Below, in pieces: positions 1-15,072 of a stretch of 64,000 nt of DNA. Every line of letters begins with the position of its first letter. The stretch's first letter is position 1. A program made the position numbers and the translations under genes. Source of the stretch: the human T2T-CHM13v2.0 reference genome, Homo sapiens. The notes beneath the pieces are model-generated. The model searched no databases. It had not been told where the DNA came from and saw only the letters and a program-made list of their open reading frames with translations. The stretch lies in NCBI RefSeq assembly GCF_009914755.1, contig NC_060935.1; one strand, written 5' to 3'.

Positions 1-1434
1 TTCTTGCTGCTTATCCTTGCCAATGATTGTTGTTGGATATTTTAATTTTTGCCAATCTGTCAGAAGTAAAATGATATCTCACTGTGGTTTTAAATCTCAT
101 TTTCCTCATTACTAATAAAACTAATCATCTTTCACATATTTACTGTCCACTGATGCTTCCTATTCTGTAACATATACTAGTATTTTTACTTCTGCTGTGA
201 GTTGCCTTAATATTAGTGCCCCCACCCCCCCCTTGCATACTTTTCCCTTGGGAGGCTCATACTTTTCTTAGAGATTCATAAGAACTCTTTATATGTAAGA
301 CTAATAACCCTTTGTCACACATGTGTTAAAAATATCTGTCTTGAATTTTTTATTGCTGTTTTTGCAATTTTGCTTTTACTGCCTTTGCCTTAAATAAGGT
401 TTCTCTTCTTTCTTTTATCCTCTTATGTTATTAGGTCCTTTCCTGTATGGTTTCTGGTCTTCTTATCATACTAAGGAAGGTCTTCCACACTCCAAGATAA
501 AAAGAACAAAAAAACTGTTTTCTTTTAGTATTTTTATAATGTTATATATTAAATCTCTAATCCACTTTAAATTTGTTTTTTAGTATGATGTAAAACAGAG
601 ATAACAGCAGACAAAAATTACGGTGACTATCCAGCTCATGACAGGTCTCCCAGTGGCTATCTATGGCTGTGCTACTCGCCTCCTTTCCTGGGGAGGCTTT
701 CTTTTCACGTTCATCCTTCCCCAAATCCACACACTGAGACACACGCACCTGCAGAAACCAACATGTCATATGTGTAAGAAGTCTTACATGACCCAGTTTC
801 CCAGGATATAGTGATTGGTCTGAGCCCTACAAGGGGATAGTGGGCATGTGACCCTGGCCACACAAATCAAAGTACTTCCTCAAGTATTTTCAACATGCCA
901 GAGAACACTTTTCTTCAAAAGGTGACAAAACCTGGAAGCTGCTAAAGGCTACATTCTCTGCCACACAGAGTTAGCCTACCGTAGTTAAAAATGAAGTGGA
1001 GAACATATGATATAAATGAAAGAGTAACTAGTCTATGAGGACTGAAGAGGTTTGCTGCTTCTTGCATTCCTGAGGGAATACTGTTCACCTATTCCCTCCT
1101 TTCTGTGATACCTTAACATCCTCCCAATATGTCCGCTCTCTTTTTGGCTTCAGCTAGTTTGAGCTGAATGTGTAATTTGCAATCAAGACAGTCCTGACTA
1201 GGAGCCTCACTTGATATTTTTTCCTGAAGTGGACAGCCAATTGTTCTTATACCATTTCCTGAAAAAAATCCATCTTTCTCTACTGATCTGAAATATTATC
1301 TCTATTATATTAAATTCCAATTCATATGAATGTTTTATTTTTAAGTTGTTTTGCTCTGCTAATCTGTTTGTTCCTTGCCAGCATCATACCGTTCACTGAC
1401 TAAACCTTCTAGTATGTTTTGACTCTGTTGGTTA

Positions 1435-2370
1435 CTTCATTCACTTAATGTACATATTCAGTACACTACATTGTGTTAGCCAGAGAATATTCCCTTGAAT
1501 AGGCAGGTGGAGTCCTGACTCTCATTGAGTTTAAAACCTAGAAGCAAAGAGAGACAAATCATTATGATAAAATATAATGAGTGTTAGGATAAAGGGAATA
1601 AGGTACACTAGGGTAAACAACCAACAGGTGGACCTAACCTAATCTATAGGTCAGAGAAGGCCTCTAGGAAGAAGTAGTTTTACACTGAGACTTGAAGGAT
1701 GTGTATGAGCTCACCAAGGTGGGGAGGAGAACAGTGTCTCAGAAGGGAGACCAGTAAGTTCAAAGATGCAGAAAGACTAGGGTCCATTTAGTTGTGAGAA
1801 AAGTTAGAGTTTGAAGAAAGAGAGAGAGAAAAGAGAGGTTGGAGAAAGTAGGTATGTATCACACAAATTTGCGAGCCACGTTAAGATTTTGGACTTGGTC
1901 CTAAGAGCAAAGAGAAGACACAGAGAGGTTTTAAGCAACCATTTAAATTTGCATTTTTGAAGATTCACTCTAGCTACAGTAAAGAGAAGGGAAGAAGGCT
2001 GGAAGCAAGAAGATTCAAAAAGAAACTCTTTAAATAAGCCAGGCAAGAGATAATAATGGCATGGGCTAAAGTAGTGCTTATGGAAAGAAGATAGATTTAA
2101 AAAGATATCTAAGAAGAAGACTGGCAGAACATGATGACTGAATTTCGGAGATGAGTGAAAGGGAAGAATCAAGGAAGGCTTTCAGAGTCAACAATGATGT
2201 TTAAGATTCTGGCTTTTTTATTGTGGTAGACTGTGGTAAAATTTACAGTCATAAGTAACATAACTGGAAACACTGGAGAGAAAATAATGAGTACAGTTCA
2301 GGACATCCTGAGTCTAAGATGCCAGTACGACACTGAAGTGAAGTTGTTCAGTGGGCAGCTGGGCTAGAAA
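1435..2370 (-). mobile_element. L2 LINE remnant
   Basis: Starts with a ttcattcac..-type L2 tail in reverse, followed by the purine-rich degenerate L2 body. Confidence 0.7.
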
Positions 2371-2885
2371 TGTAACATTCTCCTTAATTCTTTTTCAAAG
2401 TTTCCTTGGCTACATCTGGGTGAACTTTAGACTCAATCTGTCAAATTCCCCAAAATATTCACTGGAATTTTGAAGAGAATTATAGTAAATTTATAGATTT
2501 CAGGATAATTGACTTCCTTAAAACGTTCAATCTCCCCACTTAGAAAGAAGGTATGAATGATCTTCATTTATTTAAACTCTTTTATGTCCCTAAGTAAAAG
2601 TAAAGGTACAGGTATACATTTCTTGTGAAGTTCATTTCTAGCTTTTAAAAGGTTTCTTGCTTTTCTGACTCGACCATTTTTTCCACTGTTATTTCCTCAC
2701 AGAGTACTGCTGACATAAAGCAAAGTTCTTGGTTTTGATTTTACCTTGTATATGGACATCTTACTATTATTATTTGTAATAAGTCATTGATTTTCCTGGT
2801 TTCTCTAGGTAGATAATCAGGTCATCTGCAAATAATGATGATATACATCTGTTGTTTAAATAGCATTTTTTATGTTTAAAAAAAA

Positions 2886-3013
2886 TTTTTTTTGTAGAGA
2901 TGAGGGTCTTGTTATGTTGTCCAGGCTAGTCTTGAACTCCTGGCCTCAGGCAATCCTCTCACCTCAGCTTCCCAAAGTGTTGGGATTATAGGCAAAAGCC
3001 ACTGCACCTGGCC
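2886..3013 (-). mobile_element. FLAM/Alu monomer
   Basis: T-tract, then gtagagat...ctcctggcctcaggcaatcc...cccaaagtgttgggattataggc...cctggcc. Confidence 0.88.
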
Positions 3014-3362
3014 AGTATTTTTCATTTTCTTGCCCTATGTTATTGTACTAGCTAGAATATCCAGAATAATAATCTTTTTTCCCTTGGTCAGTATAGCTAA
3101 CAGTTTATTTTGTTGATCTCAAAGACTCATTTTTTGGTTTTGTTTATTTTACTGATTCTTTAATTCTGACTAATTCGGTGCACATCCCTACCAAAAAACT
3201 TTCAGAAAGGCTATGTTTGTAGTATATTTTGTGAGTCCAAATATATCTTTCTTTGCCTTTCCTAAGTATAAAATTCTAGTGTCACAATCCTGTACCCTCA
3301 GAATTCTATGAAATTCCATTCTCTTCTAGCCTTCAGGCCTATTGATAAAAAATGGAGTGCTC

Positions 3363-3666
3363 GGCCTGGCACAGTGGCTCATGCCTGTGATCCCAGCACT
3401 TTGGGAGGCCAAGGCAGGCAGATCACCTGAGGTCAGGAGTTCAAGACCAGCCTGGTCAACATGGAGAAACCCCGTCTCTACTAAAAATAAAAAATTAGCT
3501 GGGCATGATGGCGCATGCCTGTAATCCCAGCTACTTGGGAGGCTGAGGCAGGACAATCGCTTGAATCCGGGAGCCGCCTCTGTTGCGGTGAGCCGAGATC
3601 GTGCCAGCGCACTCCAGCCTGGACAAGAGTGAAACGTCATCTCAAAAAAAAAAAAAAAAAAAAAAA
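3363..3666 (+). mobile_element. AluS, full length
   Basis: Dimeric Alu consensus with poly(A) tail at 3644-3666 and a degenerate TSD (aaaaatggagtgct / aaaaagagggtgct). Confidence 0.97.
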
Positions 3667-4131
3667 GAGGGTGCTTATCTGATTCTTATCCTTTTGTAAG
3701 TAACTTTTTTGGTGGTTGCTGTTTATTATTGAGAAGTTTGTGGGATTTTTCTCTTTACTTGAGAACTTGAACAATACTTGAAAATTTTAGCAACAGTATG
3801 AATCTTTTTTTTCCTCCAAATTTTCTTGCTTGATGCTTAGTAAGAGCTTTATCTCAAGATCTGAGGCTTTTTCAGCTCAGAAATTTTTTCTTCTGAAATT
3901 CCTTTTAGGATCGCTTTTCTTTTGAAGCTCCTACTATAAAATTTTAAATATCTTAAATCTAGTCTCCATGTTTATTTTCTCTACCAAATTTCCATCTCTT
4001 TGACACTTGCTTTATTATAGAATTTCTTAAGTTTCTTCTAATTTACTAATTCACCTTCTTGCAGAGCCCATTTTGTTATCTGCCTCCCTGTATTGAGTTT
4101 ACTTGTATACTCCTATTTCTCTCTCTCTCTC

Positions 4132-4446
<315 letters not shown>

Positions 4447-4529
4447 TAACTATTTATTGAGCACCTCCATGTGCTACATACTATTCTAGGTTCTTGAAGG
4501 AGGTAAAGGAGTCAGTTGTGTGATTATCT

Positions 4530-4943
4530 TTATTAGTTTACTGTTGTTTATGATATAATACCTGAAACTAGGTAATTTATAAAGAAAAGGAATTTATTTC
4601 TTACAGGTATGGAGGCTGAGAAGTCCAAGGTGGAGGGGCCATATCTGGTGAGAGCTTTTTTGCTCATGAGGACTCTCTGCAAAGTCCCAAGGCAGCACAG
4701 GGTATCACATGGCGAGGTGGCTAAGCATGCTAGCATACTTGCTCAGGTTTCTCTTCCTTTTCTTATAAAACCACTAGTTCCACTCCCATGATAACCCATG
4801 AATCTGTGGATTGATTAATCCGTTCCTGAGGAGAGAGCCCTTATGATCCAATCACCTCTTAAAGGCCCCATCTTTCAGTGCTGCCACATTGGGGATTAAG
4901 TTTCCAACGCATGAAACTTGGGGGACACATTCAAACCACAGCA
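4530..4943 (-). mobile_element. ERVL-MaLR solo LTR (MST-like) inserted in an L2 remnant
   Basis: ggtaatttataaagaaaaggaatttatttcttacag...gaagtccaagg...ggggacacattcaaaccacagca; L2-like sequence on both sides. Confidence 0.85.
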
Positions 4944-6892
4944 CTATCAAAGAGCTTTCCAAGCAGAGAAAACAGTGTTATAAAGACCTAAGGTGGGCAC
5001 AAGTTTGACATGAACAGAGAACAGCAAGGAGCCCAAAATTACTGGAGCAGAGTGAGTGGGCTGAATAAAAGTAGGGAAGAAGGATGGGTTGTGGGGTCTG
5101 ACAGACAACTCTAAAGACTTGACTTTTATTCTGAAGGTAATGAAAATAGCCTATTTTTGTTTTACTGATGAAATAATATGCTCTCAAATCTTACTGAGAA
5201 TACTAATGAAACGTTTAAAAAGTTATCTCCTGTTTTCGTGCATTCGCTGTTTTAGTATAGGTAGGGTGGAGAATTTGTTTCGATTACTCAGCTTCATTCC
5301 CCACTTTCAATCTGCTGATTCTCTTCATAGAACTGGTAATTTTTTCTTGTCTGCTTATAGTTACAAATAAAGGTTTAGCTAAATCAATATATGCGTGGCT
5401 GTAAAAAGTCCAAGTCTTTGTCCCAGGCATAGTGGATACATGGGGAAGCCTGAGAATAGTCAGGTAAGTACAGGGCCCACCTTGAAGGAGGTAGCTCACC
5501 ATGATCTTTATAATAATATTAATTCTCAGGAAGCTTGCAAGTGTCAGCATGGAGAATTTTATCTTAAACCTGGAGTTCTATACCCTAACAGTCATATTCC
5601 TCCTATGAATCAATAATATCTTAAAAAGCAGGAGAGGAATAGGCTCAATTTTAGATCTACGAAGGCTGAATTAAGTTTGATATTGCACTCCACCCTTCTC
5701 AGTAGTAAAGACAAAAGGTCAATATTATAAAGAGCAAACTAAAATTACAGATCACTATCAGGATCTCAGTCAAAACTGCACAATCTGCAGCTTTCTAGAG
5801 TCCTTGACTAAAGTCAGAGGAAATAATTTTTAAATTTCCCTAAGATTAAAAATATCTGCATGAATGAAAAATACTGAGTACTTATCAATCTGTTTAGCTT
5901 TCTGCATCTTCCCAAGACTTCCAAGTAATACATCTATTTTTAAAAACCCTCAAATGAGTTTATTCTTATTTGATACAAACAGCATTTTTTGGGAAAAAGA
6001 GATTAGGCCTTTTATAAGCCTAAAGCACATGTAACTGAAAATGTTCCAGTAGAAGAATGCAACCTTCCAAGTCTTTTTGTGCTGGCTTCTGAGTATGAAC
6101 TGTGCCAGATATAACAGGGTTACTAGATGTGGTTTCTTCTGAACAACCTCTGGCAGTAATCCCAAGTGACTTTTCACTCTACTATTATACTTTAGTGGGT
6201 AGAACATAATACAAGTCACATAGGAAACAGAGTTTCATTAAACATAATGGTCTCACCTCAGTGGAAAAGAGAGGAAGGATGGAGGCAGGGTGGGGAGGTG
6301 CTGGAAGGAAATACCTGCACTACAGTGATGACACTACTGGTAGTTATAAACAAAGAAAAATACTATTTGGCACAGACAATAAAAGTTTTTTTTAGCATTC
6401 TTTAATTCCAAAATAACTTAGCAATCTAATTATAAGTAGAAGAGAAAATGTCTGAATAGTGATATTTAAAAAGTGGGGAGGGGTGACGGCTTGGGGCTCT
6501 GTAGCCCTTGTACAATGTAAAATGACTCTGAGAGTAAAAGACTGGATTACTCATTACTGCAGTACATTAGAAAATTAGGGTTTAGCAACTAATACAATCT
6601 AGTGCACCAAAAATAACAGTATGTGCTGAAGGACTGTATTAAAAGGTCCTGCTGGTAACAAACCCTTGCTCACAATTCTATCCTGAAGCAGCTTACATGA
6701 AACTGCATACTATGTTGGAGAGCAAAGGATTCTGTATATGTTCGAATTTAAATACCACTGCAATTTTTTCTTATAACACTGATTCTTTCTCATGAATTGA
6801 TTATTTAAATAGCAAAAGCCCAGGAATAGCTCCCCCTTTCCTCTTTGGTTAAATATAAATCTATTTCACCCTTAGAACTACACTGACAGGAA

Positions 6893-6893
<1 letters not shown>

Positions 6894-6939
<46 letters not shown>

Positions 6940-6944
6940 GCACA
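6894..6944. repeat. (CA)21 microsatellite with a CACG tail
   Basis: Pure AC run at 6894-6935, then gcacgcaca. Confidence 0.98.
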
Positions 6945-8598
6945 ATTAAGGTTCTTGATCTAGCCACAGTAAGAATTTCCCAGGTTGGCCCCATCCTTTG
7001 TCAATGCACTAGATTTGAACATGCCTCTACAGTAAATAGGTCGCCCTCACTGACTTTTCATGGTGAATATAATAAGGCAAGCACTAGATGCATGGACTTC
7101 TTTCTCTTTTTTTAAACATGTATAAAAATCCACCTTCTTATTCTCTCTTTCCCCATAGCCCACCACCACAGTTTCAAATACAGAAGCGGAAATAGTCACC
7201 TTTTTTTGTAACTGAATTTTCTCAATACACACAAATGCTTTTTAGAATATATACTAATATGTCGCTAGAAAAGATAAAAAGTAAGGAGGGTGGAAAAGAT
7301 AAGTCATTAACAAATGAGATCTTATTTAGGATGTTCAAGGAAATTACTATGTCAACCATGATTTGGGCACTGTGCGTACTTCTTTCGAGCAATAACATTT
7401 TTTGTTGCACACTACTAAAGACAATGAAAACTGATTATTTTTTAGTCATCTGAGTCAAATGTATATTGGGAAACTAAGGGGTAATCTGAAAGTCAGAAGT
7501 CTCTTCATCTTGGTTTCAATTATAGCCAGGCCAAAATAACCTGCTTCTTTCTGGGGTAGTGTGATTTATTAAGTGATGTATGTATGTCAGGATTCCAAAG
7601 GTACAGGTCCTACCCAATTTGTTGCTTTATAAGCATACTCCATACATGAAGACCCAGATTTAAAACAAAGAAAACATTTATTTTTAAGACTTTTTATTTT
7701 GTAAAATTTCAAACATACATAAAAGTTCATAGTATAGTGATCCCTTTGATAAATCAGATACCTATATACCCTTCCACGCTCCCTGAACTATCACACATCT
7801 TTCTTCTCCCATGAACCATCTGAAAGTACGCCAGATGACATTATTACATTTAACCCTTAAATACACTAGTAGCCATTTCTATTACAAAAGGATCTTGTGT
7901 CTTATAGTAAAGACAGAGCCCAGAATTCCTCAAAATTTTACACTATGAGATCCTGGGGACAGGATTCATCTCTTCTATTTTTAAAATCCTGTATGTCTGT
8001 TTAAGTGTTAAAAATGGCAATTTTCCTACTATACTTAATATGATTTGAGATTCACAAAACATTTTCTGGAACACAACCATTGTCTATAGGAAGTTGAATA
8101 AATAATTCCCCAGAAGCACCAGTTCAATATTATCCTGGTTATTTTTTAGGGTGCCAGGCAACTTAATATAATAAATATTTTTTATAAAAAGCAAGCACAT
8201 CTTGGGGCCTGTGGGAAAGCCACATGACAAAACATATTCCTCAATAAGGCATATTCCATATTTTTACGAATACTTGAACCAAACTTTAAGATTGCTGGAC
8301 AGGTATTTGGCCATTTTAAACTGGGAGCTAGAATTTGACGGTAAACCAGAAGATCCTAGAAGCAGCCATATTAGTATGTGTGATAGTGCAACTCCGGAAA
8401 GTTCATCACCACTTGAGCTGGTCTACGCTGAGGTACAGGACAGGCCAGGGACACGTTATAAGACTGGACTAAAATCACTGAATGGTTTTTATAAATCCTA
8501 GAAAACCGAAGAAAGAGATTGGTGAAATGTATAGCATGTCTCCTAAACAAGCAACCTGAACTCTCTCAATCTCATCTATGTCTTATGACTAGGACATG

Positions 8599-8974
8599 GT
8601 GCTAGATCTGAATGTTTGTGTCCACTCAAAATACGTATGTTGAAATCTAATCCCCAGTGCAACTGTATTATGAGGTGAGGTCTTTAAGAGGCCATTAGGT
8701 CACGAGGGCCCTCCTTCACAAATGAGATTAGTGTCCTTATAAAAGAGGCCTATGAAAGCTTGTTTTTCCCCTTCTGCCATAGATAGCACCTTCTTGCTAT
8801 GTCCTCACAGCAAGAAGGTGCTATCTATGAAGCAGACAGTAGGTCCTCACAAAATCTGCTGATGCCTTGAACGTGGACATCCCAGCCTCCAGAGTTGTAA
8901 GCAATGAATTTCTGTTATTTATAAATGATCCAGTCTGAGGTATTTTGTTATAGCAGCCTGAATGAACTAATACA
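8599..8974 (+). mobile_element. MLT1A-like MaLR solo LTR
   Basis: TG...CA ends; tgaatgtttgtgtcc...gattagtgtccttataaaagagg...gtattttgttatagcagcctgaatgaactaataca. Confidence 0.88.
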
Positions 8975-11900
8975 TGTGGTAATCAGGATCTCCAGATCTC
9001 TCTCCATCTAGAATTCCTATTATTACTCTAACTCTCCTTCCTTTCTCATCCTACTGTCCTACCCCTCCTTTCCATAAAAGATACCTGAAATTTTAATTTT
9101 GTGAGGATAAAAAGATGGCATTCATGTTTAAATGCCATTTGGGTCCTTTAGAGGTAAGAAATTCAATCAATGTAAAGTACACTTTAAATAATAATTAAGC
9201 AGAAATAAATGATGTGGGAATAAGACTGACAACCTATCAATGATCCTATTCTATCCAAGGACTTCTTTCGAAAGTTATCATGTCCAAATAGAAAAATAAA
9301 ACAGATTTATGCAATTGTGGAATTTGTTCAGAAACACCATGCATCTGAAGACACAGGTTACTTCTGTTTACCCACATCATCACCTTTATCAATACAAGGT
9401 TTTCCTCAAATTAATCCTTTCTGATTAACATACTACCTTCTATATCTAGAAAAGCAAACAGAATGGCAAGTAAAGCCCATATCACAGTCTATTAGTTATT
9501 AATATCTGCAATGCCTCTCCTTCCACTGGCCTAGTGAAGCTTTGGCCCCTGAAGTGATAAAGACGAGCTCTGCCAAACTGTTCTCCATCTCTAAGGCAGT
9601 ATTAACACGTTACAAAGTGCCAAAAGGGCCATTAAAAAAAAAACTGACCCACTTTTAGAAGTCAGCAGCTTTTTCCTTCTGGTGAAGTATGAATATTTAA
9701 ATCAGGCAGACAAGTCAAGAAGCAAACATTCCATCCTGAATGCAATGTCTGCATCTCCCACTCAGAGATGAGAGGACCCCGCTGTCATATACCCACATTG
9801 AAATGAATGCTCACTTTGGACTCCAGAAGGGCAGTTTTCTAATCATTTCACTGTTTTTCAGACTTGAAGTTCCACATTTGGATGTGAGTGCAGAAAACAG
9901 TAAAAGATGGATCGCAGCAACTGCTTTAAATTATATACTTAATGATTTATATCAAGCACAGAATTTAATTTGTAGTAAATCAAACAAACTGAGGAAAGGT
10001 TAAGATTGTGGTTAACAGCTGTAAATTTGTTTTTACCTTCATAGAGTAACAATGCATTAGAGGAGTACTACATTTGAGAAGATGGTAAACTCATCATAAT
10101 AAAATTGACTAGAATCAAGTTTCAACCTAAGCACTACTGTTTAAATGAGATAAATAATAGCAACTATTAACACAAGACACAGGAAAACAAACTGGAAAAT
10201 AAATCAAACTACTATTCAAAAGCTGTCCTATAGTACAGCTAGAGGTACCTTTTGGCTTTATTGAGAATACATTATTAAACCAAATGTACCTTAAATGAGC
10301 AGGAAAAAAAAAGAAAATTCATGCAAGGTAAAAGAAGTAATTAGAAATTTGAGGGTCAGCTGACCTACTCAAATCTATAGTGAAAACTTACAACAGAAAT
10401 TCCCAATCTTTACACTTCCAGTGACCCCGGTACTACTTTTTCCCCCTCCCCTTTCCACCCCCATTTGGATTTCATATCTTATTTTCCAAACAAGCAGCAT
10501 TTCAAGTAACAACCTGTGTAACCTTCACACAGGGATATGCAGGACTTCTCTTACTCTTTCGGGCAACCCAGATTAGGAAGCAATGTTAGAAATCCATTTT
10601 GCTTCTGCAACGGTTATCCAAACTCTTTTAAACATTAAACCTGTGCTTTCACTCATAAACATTCTCATTTCTAAGCAAACAGGCCACAATTTCACAATTA
10701 GGAAATAAAATTCCTTTTAAGGAAAAAAAAATCTGCTTTCTTAACTATATGCCTGACTTCCTTCTACAAGATAAAGCACTGATTCAATTCTCTGAATATA
10801 TTGCCTTAGCAAAACAAACATATACAAAAAGCAGACAGGCCAATGAAACCTTATTTCCTCCAATATAAATTCATTTTACCCTTCAAATGCTAAAGTATTC
10901 CATTCAAAAGATAGGAACTGATCGAAGCTTTCAAAGCAAGTCTAGTTCTAGGCAAGGATAGTATGGTCATTTAAGGCCTTCTAGTACCAGGTCCTGTCAT
11001 AACTACTTAATCCTATTTTTGATTGTGGCCCAACACTTTTTATGAAAAGTGTTAAACATACAGCAAAGTTCTTATCTTTATTTTGTGTTCATTCCTATAT
11101 CCCTGCCTTAGCTTGTGTGATTCCCCTGACTTAGAATGCCTCCATTCTTTCTGTTTCTGGAGCAAAGTCCCAATTGGGTTCCCAAGCTGTTCTTGCTTTC
11201 TCTCTTCTCATTATCTATACCACATGCTAACTCTTCACTATGTACTGCCCTGGTCTACCATGTGTGTTTATTTCTTTTTCCCTATGAAAGATCATAAGCA
11301 TTAGCACACATTATTATACCAGGTACTAACACAAAGGAGAGGCTGAAAATATACTTCCTGGCTGATTAATTTCATATAAAAATACATAGTCAAAACTTGC
11401 TGAGGGGAGTTGGGAAAGGTAGAGAAAGAACAGAGAGGTTGTCTGATCCAGTGGCTGATATGTTTTTAGGACACTACTATTACTCCAGTCTAATTACTTG
11501 CTATATTTTACCCAAGTAAGCAAGCTAGGAATTGGAAAAAATTTATTTAGAGCTTCTAAAATTAGCATTTTATGTCCTAGTAAACAGAATCACAAGGACT
11601 CAAAGCACTACAATGTATTCAAAAAAAGAATGGTTAGAAATCAAGTTTCTCTCTCTGAATATTTAGTTAAATGAAAAAGAGAAGGGGCCTAACTTCAAAG
11701 GAAATCACTATCTGTTCTCTAAAACACGTAGGTTACTAGACTTTTTGGAAGCCCTACTCTTGCCTTCTGTGAGTTTCTTAACCCCTTTCTGCTCCAAGAC
11801 CCCTTTATGAGACCACAGCAGGCAGGTGTCTTAGTAAGACTCTGCTCATGGTTTACCTTGAGATGTGGTCACCAGAAAAATGAGGATAAACTCCTCACTG

Positions 11901-13965
11901 GGTTGGACTCAATAGCCCAAGAGTTCACAACTGGCTCTGTTTTCTTGCTTACAGAGATAAAGTACCGTATTAAAACTCAATACATTTTGGGAAGAAAAGA
12001 TAAAAACACAAAAAGAGTCTGTCTTATCTTCAGAAATGCAATTCTCAGCTTTGTGAGCTCTGGCATTCAGCTAGCCAGATTACCAAACTTATTTGAAAGC
12101 TGAAGGCTCTGCCCTGACTCCATCTTTTGCTATTTTCAGGGTTTGTTTTCAAGAGTGTCCCTGAGCTTATGCACATGTGCTTCACTCAATTCACACACAT
12201 CAGTGAATAGCAGCAGCAGAAATCCAGGTCCACAGCAGGAGGTTTAATTAACTGTACACAGGACAGTGCCAATAGCACTGGGGCCATCCTCCTATGGGGC
12301 AGCACACCAACAAGGCTAATATGCAAGGGAAACCCACTTCTGGAGGCAAAAAAAGTATTTCCCCATCAAGCAAAATGAGAGATCAATATGGCAAAAGAGA
12401 AACCAAAAACTAAAACAAACCAAACCCAAACCAAAAAACCTTGCCATGACAGCCTCAACAAGAAACCAGAGCTCGTCATACAGGGCAAGAGAAAAGCCAG
12501 GATTTAATGTTTTCCACTGTTTGGGTCAGGCTTCACTCTGCTTTTTTAATGGTTATTAGAAGCCATTCTAAGGCAATCTCACAGAGGCCTTTCTAATCAT
12601 TTTGTGCATATATTTCCCTCATATATCTTCTCTGTCAAAAGGGTTGGTAATGGTATGCCACAAGACAAAAATAATATTAAATGATGATGGCAGCGGTGAA
12701 GATCTAGGTGGTAATGCAGATGGCAAATGAGCTTTCTACATGTAAACACACTATAAAACCCAACAACATAGAAGGAAGCCTGCCTTCACTCTGTGAAGAG
12801 TGTCTGGACAAACGAGAGTAGTTTCCAAACACTGATCAAGGATTTCTCCCATCCACACAGTAAGACACCAGTTGGCACTGCTCCCCATGATGAAAGTTTG
12901 AGTCAAAAGTGTATATTCAGAAGTCTGAGCTGTTTGTTTGCTAGTCTAGATTGAGGATGACATGGGCAGGTCAAAATAAACAGCTTTACCTCTGATAAAG
13001 TTTAAGCTAATTTAAAGTGATTCAGGAAGTCTATTCAAACATTCTTCTCATGTTTAACAAGTAACAAACTTTTAGAAAATAAATGTAGTTGACCAAATAA
13101 ATATCACTAGGGACAAATTAATGAGCAATTGGTAGAGTATGGACCCAGTCTGAGATAAAGGCTTCAGGCAGGTTACTTTGCTCTAGCTCTTTTGATACCA
13201 GTTCCCTATGTAACTCATAGGGGTGTAGGGAGGATTAATTTGATAATGTCTGTAAAGTGCTTTGAACTCCTTAGTGAAAAGTGACATAAGTGGTTACTAT
13301 TATACACTGCTGGAGTTGAAAACATGAAAGAAAGGGAAAAACAATACTCCTTGATGGTTTATCATGAAGCATTTTTATAGGCTGGTAAGGTATTTTATAA
13401 TTTTTTTTTATTAGTTAGTCCTTATTATATGCCCAAGAGATAGGAAATATTCCTGGCTTGTTCTTCTGGATAAAGAAACCGAGACAAAAAGGTAAATGAC
13501 TTTTAGTTAGGAAGCATTATTATCTCCATTTTTCAGGTAAGGAAAGCAAGACAGAGAAGGTGAATGACTTTTCTAGTCACATTCAAGAACTGAAAGGGTT
13601 AAAGCATAATTAAGAGTCTGAAAGATATTATTTTTTCTTTGCAATGTTCTGACATTGTTCTGACAAGAAGGCAGTGACTAACAACCAGAAAGCCTGAGAT
13701 TAAATACTTGCTCTACCATTTCTTGGTTGTGTAAGCTTAAGAGAAGTCACTTTTTCTTTGTGTCAATTTCATCTGCATGGTGAGGTCCAGTGGGGATCAA
13801 ATTACATAAAGCATGTGAAAACTCTGGGTAAACAATGGCACACTATGCAAATAAGTTATTACCATTATTAGGCTGGTATTCTTATTGAAAATATGGGTTC
13901 TCCTAGCCAGTACAATTTTGAATTAAAAGACAATTCAGTGCCCTGAGACCAAATGAAATATGTAA

Positions 13966-14960
<995 letters not shown>

Positions 14961-15072
14961 TAGATAATTGAAGCTAGACCACAGAAGGGAGACTATTAAC
15001 TAGCTGTCTGTTAGGGAATGGCTAAACTAGCTCTGCAGAATGACAGCTTGTGTTACTGACAACAGGGATGAC

